A stretch of DNA of 40,000 bases. It comes from an uncultured phage cr112_1. This document shows positions 19,967 to 26,847 of this stretch, one piece after another. The notes under the pieces were generated by a model. That model did not search any database. It worked only from the letters and a program-made list of their open reading frames with translations, and was not told where the DNA came from. The stretch's first letter is position 1, and each line of letters opens with the position of its first letter. The position numbers and the translations under genes were made by a program. The DNA is taken from the sequence record MT774388.1. One strand, written 5' to 3'.

Positions 19967-20061
19967 TGGGCACAGAGAGACTCGAACTCCCCTACTCCAA
20001 AGTCCATTACATCAATTTGATAAAGGAGGGCAGATTTACAGTCTGCTGATGTTATGTACCC
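19967..20061 (-). tRNA. tRNA-Tyr (GTA), aberrant: no normal D-arm, about 38-nt variable region
   Basis: Acceptor GGGTACA/TGTGCCC; anticodon arm GCAGA-CTGTAAA-TCTGC; T-arm GGGAG-TTCGAGT-CTCTC. Confidence 0.6.
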
Positions 20062-20070
20062 ATTATATTG

Positions 20071-20143
20071 TTCCCCCATCTGGAATTGAACCAGACCTCC
20101 TAATTTAAAAGATTAGTGCCCACAACCTGTCTGCTATAGGGGA
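20071..20143 (-). tRNA. tRNA-Lys (TTT)
   Basis: Acceptor TCCCCTA/TGGGGGA; anticodon arm CTAAT-CTTTTAA-ATTAG. Confidence 0.9.
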
Positions 20144-20148
20144 ATATG

Positions 20149-20221
20149 TACCTCCACTAAGAATCGAACTTAGAATCTTCTCCTTAAGAGGGAGCAGCTT
20201 TAACCATTCAGCTATAGAGGC
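20149..20221 (-). tRNA. tRNA-Lys (CTT)
   Basis: Acceptor GCCTCTA/TGGAGGT; loop CTCTTAA; T-loop TTCGATT. Confidence 0.82.
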
Positions 20222-20230
20222 ATTTACTTG

Positions 20231-20304
20231 TACTGAGGGTAGGATTTGAACCCACTATCTTTAGTGTATAAGACTACTGCATTTACCACTTGTGCTACCT
20301 CAGC
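20231..20304 (-). tRNA. tRNA-Ile (TAT)
   Basis: Acceptor GCTGAGG/CCTCAGT; loop CTTATAC; T-arm GTGGG-TTCAAAT-CCTAC. Confidence 0.8.
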
Positions 20305-20311
20305 ATGTTGG

Positions 20312-20385
20312 GGTGTTAGGAGAGATTTGAACTCTCACCTTCTTGATTCACAGTCAAGACTTCTAACCAATTAAAATACTAACAC
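20312..20385 (-). tRNA. tRNA-His (GTG)
   Basis: Acceptor GTGTTAG/CTAACAC, C73; anticodon arm CTTGA-CTGTGAA-TCAAG. Confidence 0.9.
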
Positions 20386-20387
20386 AG

Positions 20388-20460
20388 TTCTGATAATAGG
20401 ACTTGAACCTATAACTACTGCCTTATGAGAGCAGCCTTCTACCTATTGAAGTATATCAGA
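20388..20460 (-). tRNA. tRNA with anticodon CAT (Met, or Ile2 if lysidinylated)
   Basis: Acceptor TCTGATA/TATCAGA; anticodon arm CTGCT-CTCATAA-GGCAG. Confidence 0.9.
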
Positions 20461-20467
20461 ATATAAG

Positions 20468-20539
20468 TTGGTACACACAGAATTGAACTGTGATTGCATC
20501 CTTATCAGAGATGTTTCCTAACCTTTAGAAGATGTACCA
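20468..20539 (-). tRNA. tRNA-Ile (GAT)
   Basis: Acceptor TGGTACA/TGTACCA; anticodon arm CATCT-CTGATAA-GGATG. Confidence 0.9.
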
Positions 20540-20547
20540 ATTTTAAG

Positions 20548-20618
20548 CATACCCTAATAGAATCGAACTACTACCTATGGTTTTGGAGACCATCATTCTA
20601 CCATTAAACTAAGGGTAC
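20548..20618 (-). tRNA. tRNA-Trp (CCA)
   Basis: Anticodon arm ATGGT-CTCCAAA-ACCAT; G73; acceptor GTACCCT/AGGGTAT. Confidence 0.9.
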
Positions 20619-20672
20619 ATATTATATGCTATAATGACCTAATGTATCATTCCCATCTTAATTTCTTCCATG

Positions 20673-20743
20673 CGGGAATAGAAAGAATCGAACTTTCACC
20701 TATTGATTAACAGTCAAGTGCTCGACCTTCGAGCTATACTCCC
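20673..20743 (-). tRNA. tRNA-Asn (GTT)
   Basis: Acceptor GGGAGTA/TATTCCC; loop CTGTTAA; G73. Confidence 0.87.
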
Positions 20744-20752
20744 AATTAAATG

Positions 20753-20826
20753 TTGCTCCTATTAGAATCGAACTAATGACCTTCACTGTGTAAAAGTGCT
20801 ATTCTAAACCACTGAACTAAGGAGCA
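20753..20826 (-). tRNA. tRNA-Val (TAC)
   Basis: Acceptor TGCTCCT/AGGAGCA; loop TTTACAC. Confidence 0.85.
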
Positions 20827-20895
20827 ATGTAGGACACTTAAGGTGTGCCCAATACCTGTAAAAAAAAAACAAACATTATGAAAACATGAAACAGT

Positions 20896-20968
20896 GGATA
20901 CATGTGGGACTTGAACCCCAACTTCACAGTGCAAATGTGATGTGTTAGCCAATTACACTACATGACCC
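20896..20968 (-). tRNA. tRNA-Ala (TGC), imperfect acceptor
   Basis: Anticodon arm TCACA-TTTGCAC-TGTGA; T-loop TTCAAGT. Confidence 0.75.
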
Positions 20969-20973
20969 ATTTG

Positions 20974-21046
20974 TATAGTAGACAGGACTTGAACCTGCAT
21001 CCTCTGCATCCCAAATGCAGTGCCCCACCAATTAGGCTACTACTAT
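20974..21046 (-). tRNA. tRNA-Pro (TGG)
   Basis: Acceptor ATAGTAG/CTACTAT; anticodon arm CTGCA-TTTGGGA-TGCAG. Confidence 0.9.
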
Positions 21047-21047
21047 A

Positions 21048-21155
21048 TTATTTATTATATAATTTCTTTAGTCTTTCAAACATATACCTTGCCATTTCAT
21101 TCTTAGGTATATGAAGTACTGTTTGACCCCATGATGTCTTTATTATCTTTGCCAT
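21048..21155 (-). CDS. Small protein MAKIIKTSWGQTVLHIPKNEMARYMFERLKKLYNK
   Basis: 35-aa ORF filling the gap between two tRNA genes. Confidence 0.35.
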   Translation of the reverse strand: MAKIIKTSWGQTVLHIPKNEMARYMFERLKKLYNK

Positions 21156-21173
21156 ATCTATTTATTAATATTG

Positions 21174-21260
21174 CGGAGGATATAGGATTTGAACCTATAC
21201 ATCCTTTAAGACTACTGACAGTTTAGCAAACTGCTCCCTTACCATTAGGGTTAATCCTCC
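21174..21260 (-). tRNA. tRNA-Ser (GCT), class II
   Basis: Acceptor GGAGGAT/ATCCTCC, CAGTT-TGCTAAA-CTG arm, long variable arm, G73. Confidence 0.88.
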
Positions 21261-21448
21261 AACTTTAAATAAAGCCCACAATGACATTTATCATTTTCTC
21301 TGTAGTCACTGCATGGACATTTCTTATCCTCACCTGTATTATGACAGGGACATTCTCCATTATTAGCCTCACATCTTCTTAGTATAGCATTCACTACCTT
21401 ATCATTAGGATTCAACACCCATCCTTCTTTTCTCAAAATTTGTATCAT
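21251..21448 (-). CDS. Ferredoxin-thioredoxin-reductase catalytic-subunit-like Cys protein
   Basis: 65 aa with CPC-X8-CPC-X8-CHC (CPCHNTGEDKKCPCSDYRENDKCHCGLYL). Confidence 0.6.
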   Translation of the reverse strand: MIQILRKEGWVLNPNDKVVNAILRRCEANNGECPCHNTGEDKKCPCSDYRENDKCHCGLYLKLED

Positions 21449-21452
21449 AATG

Positions 21453-21537
21453 CGGAGAAAGGAGGTCCCGACCCCCAGTCAAATAAATGACCAATCTGTT
21501 TTCAAGACAGTTCCCAGACCCTCTGAGTTCCTTCTCC
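21453..21537 (-). tRNA. tRNA-Ser (TGA), class II, non-canonical T-arm
   Basis: Acceptor GGAGAAG/TTTCTCC, CTGT-CTTGAAA-ACAG, long variable arm, T region GGGGGTCGGGACCTCC lacks TTC. Confidence 0.72.
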
Positions 21538-21579
21538 ATTTGCCCCTCCAACTCTTTGGTAGAGGACTTAGTTCAGGGC

Positions 21580-21650
21580 AGTGTATGAGGGAATTGAACC
21601 CTAATCTCTGCATTGACAGTGCAGCACATTAACCACTATGCTACATACAC
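21580..21650 (-). tRNA. tRNA-Asp (GTC)
   Basis: Acceptor GTGTATG/CATACAC; anticodon arm CTGCA-CTGTCAA-TGCAG. Confidence 0.88.
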
Positions 21651-21765
21651 TATTTAAGCCTACTCTTATTGTACTTCTAAGAGTAGTTTTTATCTTTTCA
21701 GATAGCTAAGGATTTACTCTTATATCAAGTGCCCACCACAGAGAAACCCTTAAAGAGACTTGGTT

Positions 21766-21839
21766 TGTAATGGGTAGGGGATTTGAACCCCTAATGACTT
21801 CCTTGAAAGGGAAGTGACTTAACCAATTTGTCCAACCCA
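21766..21839 (-). tRNA. tRNA-Glu (TTC)
   Basis: Anticodon arm CTTCC-CTTTCAA-GGAAG; T-arm AGGGG-TTCAAAT-CCCCT. Confidence 0.88.
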
Positions 21840-21921
21840 CCATTTTGACTATCCTATCTTCACAGACCAGATAGTCCACTCTTTAAAAATCATGAAACAA
21901 AAAAAAATCCACCTTCAAAAG

Positions 21922-21995
21922 TACCCCATTAAGGACTCGAACCTTATCTAAAACTTTAGAAGAGTCTTGTGCTTCCATTACACCAACAGGGCATT
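21922..21995 (-). tRNA. tRNA-Arg (TCT)
   Basis: Loop CTTCTAA; T-arm TAAGG-TTCGAGT-CCTTA. Confidence 0.85.
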
Positions 21996-22003
21996 TATTG
22001 TTG

Positions 22004-22072
22004 TTCCAGCAGGAATTGAACCTACATTACTTGAGTCAAAATCAGGTGTAATAGCCATTATACTATGGAACA
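22004..22072 (-). tRNA. tRNA-Gln (TTG)
   Basis: Acceptor TGTTCCA/TGGAACA; loop TTTTGAC; T-loop TTCAATT; ends uncertain by a few nt. Confidence 0.82.
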
Positions 22073-22208
22073 ATGTTCTTATCTTCTAATCATGATGCAA
22101 AGATAAGTCAAATATTTGATATATGCAAATCTTTCACTAATTATTTTCAAGATGGTATGAAAATACTCCAGAAGTGAATTAAGATAATGGGCTGAATTAT
22201 TATCTTAA

Positions 22209-22619
22209 TTAAATACCCATTATCTTATTAGCCCATTTTTCAGTATAAAAATGATAATAATTATATTTTCCATTCTTCCAACAACATCCAATATAATTAT
22301 TAAGCCAAGCATGTAGTATAGAGGGAATACCAATAACCAATAAATATAAAGGACCAAGTATCTTACTCTGCTTTACATGACCACATTCATGTTTTATAAC
22401 TATTTCTTTGTCAATGTAATCTTGATTAATAAAGATATATTTCCCAAGAGATACACCACCCTTAGTTTTCTGTAAATATACTTTAGCACCTACACTCCTT
22501 GAGTCATTATTCTCTATAACACATATTCTATTATCTTTAGATATAGACCTATAGATTATACCACATAAATTCTGTGGGAATTGCCACAACCAAAGTAGAA
22601 AACTAATTAACCATTTCAT
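22209..22619 (-). CDS. Putative membrane-associated zinc-metallopeptidase-like protein
   Basis: 136 aa; IVIKHECGHVKQSKILGPLYLLVIGIPS: HExxH plus hydrophobic segments. Confidence 0.45.
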   Translation of the reverse strand: MKWLISFLLWLWQFPQNLCGIIYRSISKDNRICVIENNDSRSVGAKVYLQKTKGGVSLGKYIFINQDYIDKEIVIKHECGHVKQSKILGPLYLLVIGIPSILHAWLNNYIGCCWKNGKYNYYHFYTEKWANKIMGI

Positions 22620-22778
22620 ACCTTATACCTCTTTACATCCAACATTCTTGAACTAACTCCCTGTGCATAGTATCTCCTATCATTGTTATTTACTGATACA
22701 CAGATAGCACCTTCACACTTAACAATGTTTACATTCTTAATAACTTCTTCAATAACTCTTTTCATATATTTGTTCATT
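22616..22778 (-). CDS. Small hypothetical protein (start may be at the internal MNKYMKR)
   Basis: ORF track 22616-22846; upstream part overlaps the candidate structured RNA, so a shorter form is favoured. Confidence 0.4.
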
Positions 22779-22794
22779 AAAGTGTATAACAATC

Positions 22795-23098
22795 CCTTAA
22801 GCAGATTGGTTCTCTGCCAGAGTAAAGTTTCCAGTACCCCTACCATGATACTTCATTACAGGCGGTTAATCCCCAAGAGCACTTTACCCTCAACCTTTTC
22901 TCATATACATAGGTGTGCTACTGTAACTTATAATCAAGGCATTTCTTAGCAGGATTTTCACCTCATCCACAGGCATACCAGCCTTTATATAAGCTCCCTA
23001 TTTATGGGAGAAGTGGATTACTACCCTGTCAGCTCCAAAGCCTGAACTTCTGTAAGGGACTTCTTTGGAGGAGAAATTAGATGTATAGTTCTAATTCT
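22795..23098 (-). ncRNA. Candidate structured non-coding RNA (family unknown, strand uncertain)
   Basis: About 300-nt ORF-free gap with many local hairpins: AATTAGA/TCTAATT, CTCCAAAG/CTTTGGAG, CTCCCATAAATAGGGAG, AGGCTGGTATGCCT, GGAT-GAGGTGAAA-ATCC, GCAGA/TCTGC. Confidence 0.35.
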
Positions 23099-23169
23099 GG
23101 TGCAAACATATAAAAAATAAATGATATATCCAAATCTGAGATTATTATTTATGAAAGTTTAACTATTGA

Positions 23170-23475
23170 CTATATAATATGCTGTTCTTTTAAGGCTTTT
23201 AAACATCTTGCAGTCCATTCTACTAATGGTTCATCATTATCACAACTCATATATTGTCCAGTTTGGAATATGGAATGTACTATCTCATGTAGCACAGTAA
23301 GTTCAATTTCATCCTTTGATAGTTTACTACCATCAGGCTTCTTTGTACTAATAGTTATTACCCTTGAAGGACTTTCTGTTTCTCCAAATAACCACTTATC
23401 ATTTTCACCAACTACTTCATCTACAAACTGTATTTTCCAAGTACTCCCAAATAAATTATAACTCTTCTCTTTCAT
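23170..23475 (-). CDS. Small HExxH zinc-peptidase-like protein
   Basis: 101 aa; EIELTVLHEIVHSIFQTGQY...NDEPLVEWTARCLKAL. Confidence 0.5.
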   Translation of the reverse strand: MKEKSYNLFGSTWKIQFVDEVVGENDKWLFGETESPSRVITISTKKPDGSKLSKDEIELTVLHEIVHSIFQTGQYMSCDNDEPLVEWTARCLKALKEQHII

Positions 23476-23671
23476 ACTTTTAATTTTTGGTCAAAGATAA
23501 GTATATAGTAGATACTATCCAAATAATTTAATTTTTTTTTTAATTTTTTTTTTTTTGTTTCATAGTCATGAGGGGGATATACACCAACCCCACCTCCCCC
23601 ATCACTTAGCCAGTGGGGTTCCACCCCCGTGGTTTAAACAATTATTCATTAACAATTTAACATTAAGTATT
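23476..23671. promoter_or_regulatory. Divergent control region between minus and plus arms
   Basis: Transcription orientation switches here; long T tracts and a CCAGTGGGGT-TCC-ACCCCCGTGG hairpin in an AT-rich genome. Confidence 0.5.
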
Positions 23672-23932
23672 ATGGACAATCAGTTAAAATTCCGTGAGAC
23701 ATTGACAGTTGAACAGTTTAAAGCAGCTCAACATGTGGACAAAATCCAAGTGAAACAGAATCCTAAGACCAACAAGCTGTTCTTCACATTTGGTTCAAAG
23801 ACAGGAGCTGTTGCAGTTAAGGGCATTCCACAGCATCCTATGGTATCCAATGTTGAAGCACCTGATGGTAGCACATTCTGGCTGCTGCATGAAGAAGGCA
23901 CAGGTGGTGCACCAGTGTTGGCAACATTCTAA
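23672..23932 (+). CDS. First plus-arm gene, 86-aa hypothetical protein (MDNQLKFRETLTVEQFK...)
   Basis: Internal ATG of ORF 23555-23932, followed by a strong terminator. Confidence 0.65.
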   Translation: MDNQLKFRETLTVEQFKAAQHVDKIQVKQNPKTNKLFFTFGSKTGAVAVKGIPQHPMVSNVEAPDGSTFWLLHEEGTGGAPVLATF

Positions 23933-23934
23933 TG

Positions 23935-23970
23935 AAAGAGGGCTTTGCCCTCTTTCTGTTTTATTCTTTT
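23935..23970 (+). terminator. Rho-independent terminator
   Basis: AAAGAGGGC-TTT-GCCCTCTTT then CTGTTTTATTCTTTT. Confidence 0.85.
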
Positions 23971-24008
23971 GAGCATTAGTAGTATCTTTTAAGCATTAAT
24001 AGTATTAT

Positions 24009-24155
24009 GGACAAGATAATTTGGTTAGATGGTCATACATCAAGTATAAACTCTGATGAAGCCTTCTCAAAGCAATACACTGAGAATGGTAATTGGCATA
24101 TGAAGTATGCTGGTTCTACATTTGTTTGGGTGGCTAATTGTTGGATGGAGATTTA
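24009..24155 (+). CDS. Small protein MDKIIWLDGHTSSINSDEAFSKQYTENGNWHMKYAGSTFVWVANCWMEI
   Basis: Direct translation, short ORF (boundaries within a few nt). Confidence 0.4.
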
Positions 24156-24949
24156 ATCTCTGTCCAATATACCATTTCTCTTCCTGAGTATTAATAGTAC
24201 TTAGAAGAATATTGTATGCTTTGAGTAGTCTTTCTTTATGCTTTGAAGACTATAAAAGAGTGCAAGAATGAATAGGTCTTAAATGTCCTTTCTCTATGCT
24301 TTCTTTCTATGTTTATTGAGTGTTTCAAACTATGATTGTTTGATGGTTCAAATGATGGAAGAGTGAGTGGTTTATCATATCATCTCACCCACATTATGCC
24401 ACAATCAAAGACATGTCAAAAAGAAAAAGAGGAGTAATAGAATAACTGAATTTACTGGTTACATTGTTAGACTAAACAGTGCTTTTAGTTTAATTGGACC
24501 ACAAAAAGGCATATAATAAGCACACAGTAAGCATACCAATGGGCTAATTTAGGCAATCAGATGTGAATAATAGTAGCATTTGACAGAACACATGCCATTA
24601 AAATGTGTTAAGAAATAACCAATATATAATAGATTAGATTAAATTAAATGATAAGGATAAGATATTTGATGGGGTTATATTGTAAGTATTGACCACTTAG
24701 GAAACTAAACAAACATCCACCTGAAAGATGAAATAGTATGTAGAGAATGGCATCCTGTAAGTCCTGCTTGAGACAAAAGTCAGTAGTGTTAATACTTAAG
24801 ACATAATTATCAACAGAAGAGGTAATCCAGCAACCCAGAGGGACTCATATCTATTAACCGAGTAAAGGAATAGTTAGAAGGAATATTAAGAAGACAGTCA
24901 GCCTATTTAAGGAATATTATATGGGTGGATATAATACATCAATATCAAG

Positions 24950-25039
24950 GGCACATTAGTTCAGTGGTTAGAACATCACATAATGATTAATTAAAGGTAG
25001 TTATTGTGAAGGTCACTGGTTCAAATCCAGTATGTGCTT
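24950..25039 (+). tRNA. tRNA-like gene with a 24-nt anticodon loop (about 17 nt extra)
   Basis: Acceptor GGCACAT/ATGTGCT, D-arm GTTC-AGTGGTTA-GAAC, stem TCACA/TGTGA, T-arm ACTGG-TTCAAAT-CCAGT. Confidence 0.65.
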
Positions 25040-25102
25040 CAATTATTAACAAATTAACTTATAAACATATTATGATATTATTACAGTAACAGAATTCTTA
25101 AA

Positions 25103-25255
25103 ATGAAAAATACATTTGGACTTATAGCAATAATGGGAGTATTATCTGCTATGTGTGGTATAGTCACTGAGATTACAGCAATAATAACAGTAATCTGTGG
25201 TATTCTTTACCTGTTTTATCCAACTACTAACATCAATAGATATGAAGAAGATTGA
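25103..25255 (+). CDS. Small membrane peptide MKNTFGLIAIMGVLSAMCGIVTEITAIITVICGILYLFYPTTNINRYEED
   Basis: Direct translation; overlaps next start. Confidence 0.45.
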   Translation: MKNTFGLIAIMGVLSAMCGIVTEITAIITVICGILYLFYPTTNINRYEED

Positions 25256-25469
25256 AATGATATTCAAGGGTATGTTATTATACATGACTATCCTTGTAAC
25301 CATGATATTCATGATGGGTGTAGATAGTATTTATGACCAAGGATATTTCTTTTATGGTACAATACTTATAGCTGCACTTGTATTTGTGTGTTATAAAACT
25401 ATTAACAAAGAGGAGCTTGAGATACTTACATTAAGTAAATATTTCAACCATCTTAATGATAAATTATAG
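25242..25469 (+). CDS. Small membrane protein MKKIEMIFKGMLLYMTILV...
   Basis: Internal ATG of ORF 25197-25469; two TM-like segments. Confidence 0.5.
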   Translation: MKKIEMIFKGMLLYMTILVTMIFMMGVDSIYDQGYFFYGTILIAALVFVCYKTINKEELEILTLSKYFNHLNDKL

Positions 25470-25532
25470 GTATGTGTTTTATATAAGGTTAATTAAAGAG
25501 TAGCTCATGTTGTGAAACACAGCTACTCAACT

Positions 25533-25604
25533 GCCCTCATAGTTCAGTGGATAGAATAGAAGTTTCCTAAACTTTAGACAGAAGTTCGAGTCTTCTTGGG
25601 GGTA
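25533..25604 (+). tRNA. tRNA-Arg (CCT)
   Basis: Acceptor GCCCTCA/TGGGGGT; D-arm GTTC-AGTGGATA-GAAT; anticodon arm GAAGT-TTCCTAA-ACTTT; T-arm AGAAG-TTCGAGT-CTTCT. Confidence 0.9.
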
Positions 25605-25605
25605 C

Positions 25606-25866
25606 AAAGGGTAGATAATATAAGTGGGAATAATGTTGTTTGAAAGAACAACCTTGCTTAATAGTGGCATGAACTTATATGAATCTTTTAGGGATTATTC
25701 GGACTATTGATAATCTCACCTATCTTATTGTAAATGGTTTTGGTCAGGTGTTTTCTGCAATACAGTAAATACAGAAAACACAGATGTTGGTAGTTAAACT
25801 ACCAAGGGTGTTATGGGCTGTCAGACATTTCTACCTTGTAAATCACAAGAAATGCTCAAGAGTAAA
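25606..25866 (+). ncRNA. Candidate multi-hairpin ncRNA directly after tRNA-Arg and upstream of the Ro60-like gene
   Basis: Perfect helices ATATAAGT/ACTTATAT, GTTGTT/AACAAC (TGAAAG loop), GATTAT/ATAATC, GTGTTTTCTG/CAGAAAACAC, TTGGTAGT/ACTACCAA, plus CATTT..TTGT/ACAA.AAATG; no ORF. Confidence 0.55.
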
Positions 25867-25888
25867 TTCTAATAAACTAATATATGCA

Positions 25889-26059
25889 AGTGATTATTAA
25901 TTCCTCTGTTGTTGCAGATGGTGTAGTAGATTTACAAGTAGATTGCTACAAGAATGGAGTACTATTATGTACAGAGTCCTTACTAAAAGCTAATCTTCTT
26001 GAGAAGCGATTAGTCTCTCATTACATTTCTTATACCAGATTTGGTGGAGAAAAATGGTA
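25889..26059 (+). CDS. Small hypothetical protein with GTG start
   Basis: VIINSSVVADGVVDLQVDCYKNGVLLCTESLLKANLLEKRLVSHYISYTRFGGEKW, direct translation. Confidence 0.3.
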
Positions 26060-26298
26060 AACAATTTGAAATTACCTGTAAATCAATTAGTGCATACAAC
26101 ACAGAAGTATGAAAAAACTTTGAATACTATGGCTTATTTCTCACAGAAGAGAGTAAGACTAAATTGAAAGCATGGTTATGGGAAAAAGACTTAAATTTAA
26201 ACTTGATGAAAGTGAATGGGAGTATGTAAAAGGAATTGCAGAAAGACTCAAGACTAAAGGATATAGAGACTATTAAATAAGTGTTGAACTAAAAAAAA

Positions 26299-26718
26299 AT
26301 GACTCAGTTTGTATTTGAATTTATCCTTGTAGGATTAGTAGGAGGATTATTAGGAATCTTCTACAGAAATTGTTTAAAGGCGGAAGATATGATATTCCAC
26401 TGGTGGTATGTAATACTTAAGAAATGGGTAAAGAAATCAGAGATGTATTGTGATATAGATGGGTGTCATACACCTAACATATGGTATAGATTCTTAGGTT
26501 TAATTGCTTATCCTCTTGGTTTCTGTATCTATTGTAGTACTACATGGATAACATTCTTCTTATGTGCATTATGGTTATTTAATTGGGAATCATTACCTGA
26601 TTGGAACCTGATAGTAATAGGAGTATTAGCTGCAACAGGTGTACAACATTTAATAGTAGCTTGTGCTTGCAGATTCTTAATATTTAAACATCCTGATTTA
26701 GATGAAAACAACATTTGA
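26299..26718 (+). CDS. Hypothetical multi-TM membrane protein
   Basis: 139 aa, several hydrophobic segments, FCIYC. Confidence 0.65.
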   Translation: MTQFVFEFILVGLVGGLLGIFYRNCLKAEDMIFHWWYVILKKWVKKSEMYCDIDGCHTPNIWYRFLGLIAYPLGFCIYCSTTWITFFLCALWLFNWESLPDWNLIVIGVLAATGVQHLIVACACRFLIFKHPDLDENNI

Positions 26719-26847
26719 GTATGGCAAAGATTATTTGCCTGAGATTTGGTATTAAATAACAGAAGAATGTTAAAGGTGGAAATATATTTGCGTATATGAA
26801 ACCTTTGACATATCTTTGCAGTGTCAATTAAATAAAGAAACAATTCT

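Noticed and set aside
21450-21632. Plus-strand 60-aa ORF
   Set aside because: Antisense to tRNA-Ser(TGA) and part of tRNA-Asp; likely spurious.
22795-23098. RNase P RNA on the minus strand
   Set aside because: Fragments such as GAAGTCC and ACAGAAG are suggestive, but the conserved P4 GAGGAAAGUC core is absent.
18936-25604. Stop-codon suppressor tRNA indicating alternative genetic code
   Set aside because: No CTA, TCA or TTA anticodon seen, and the large genes read through normally with the standard code.
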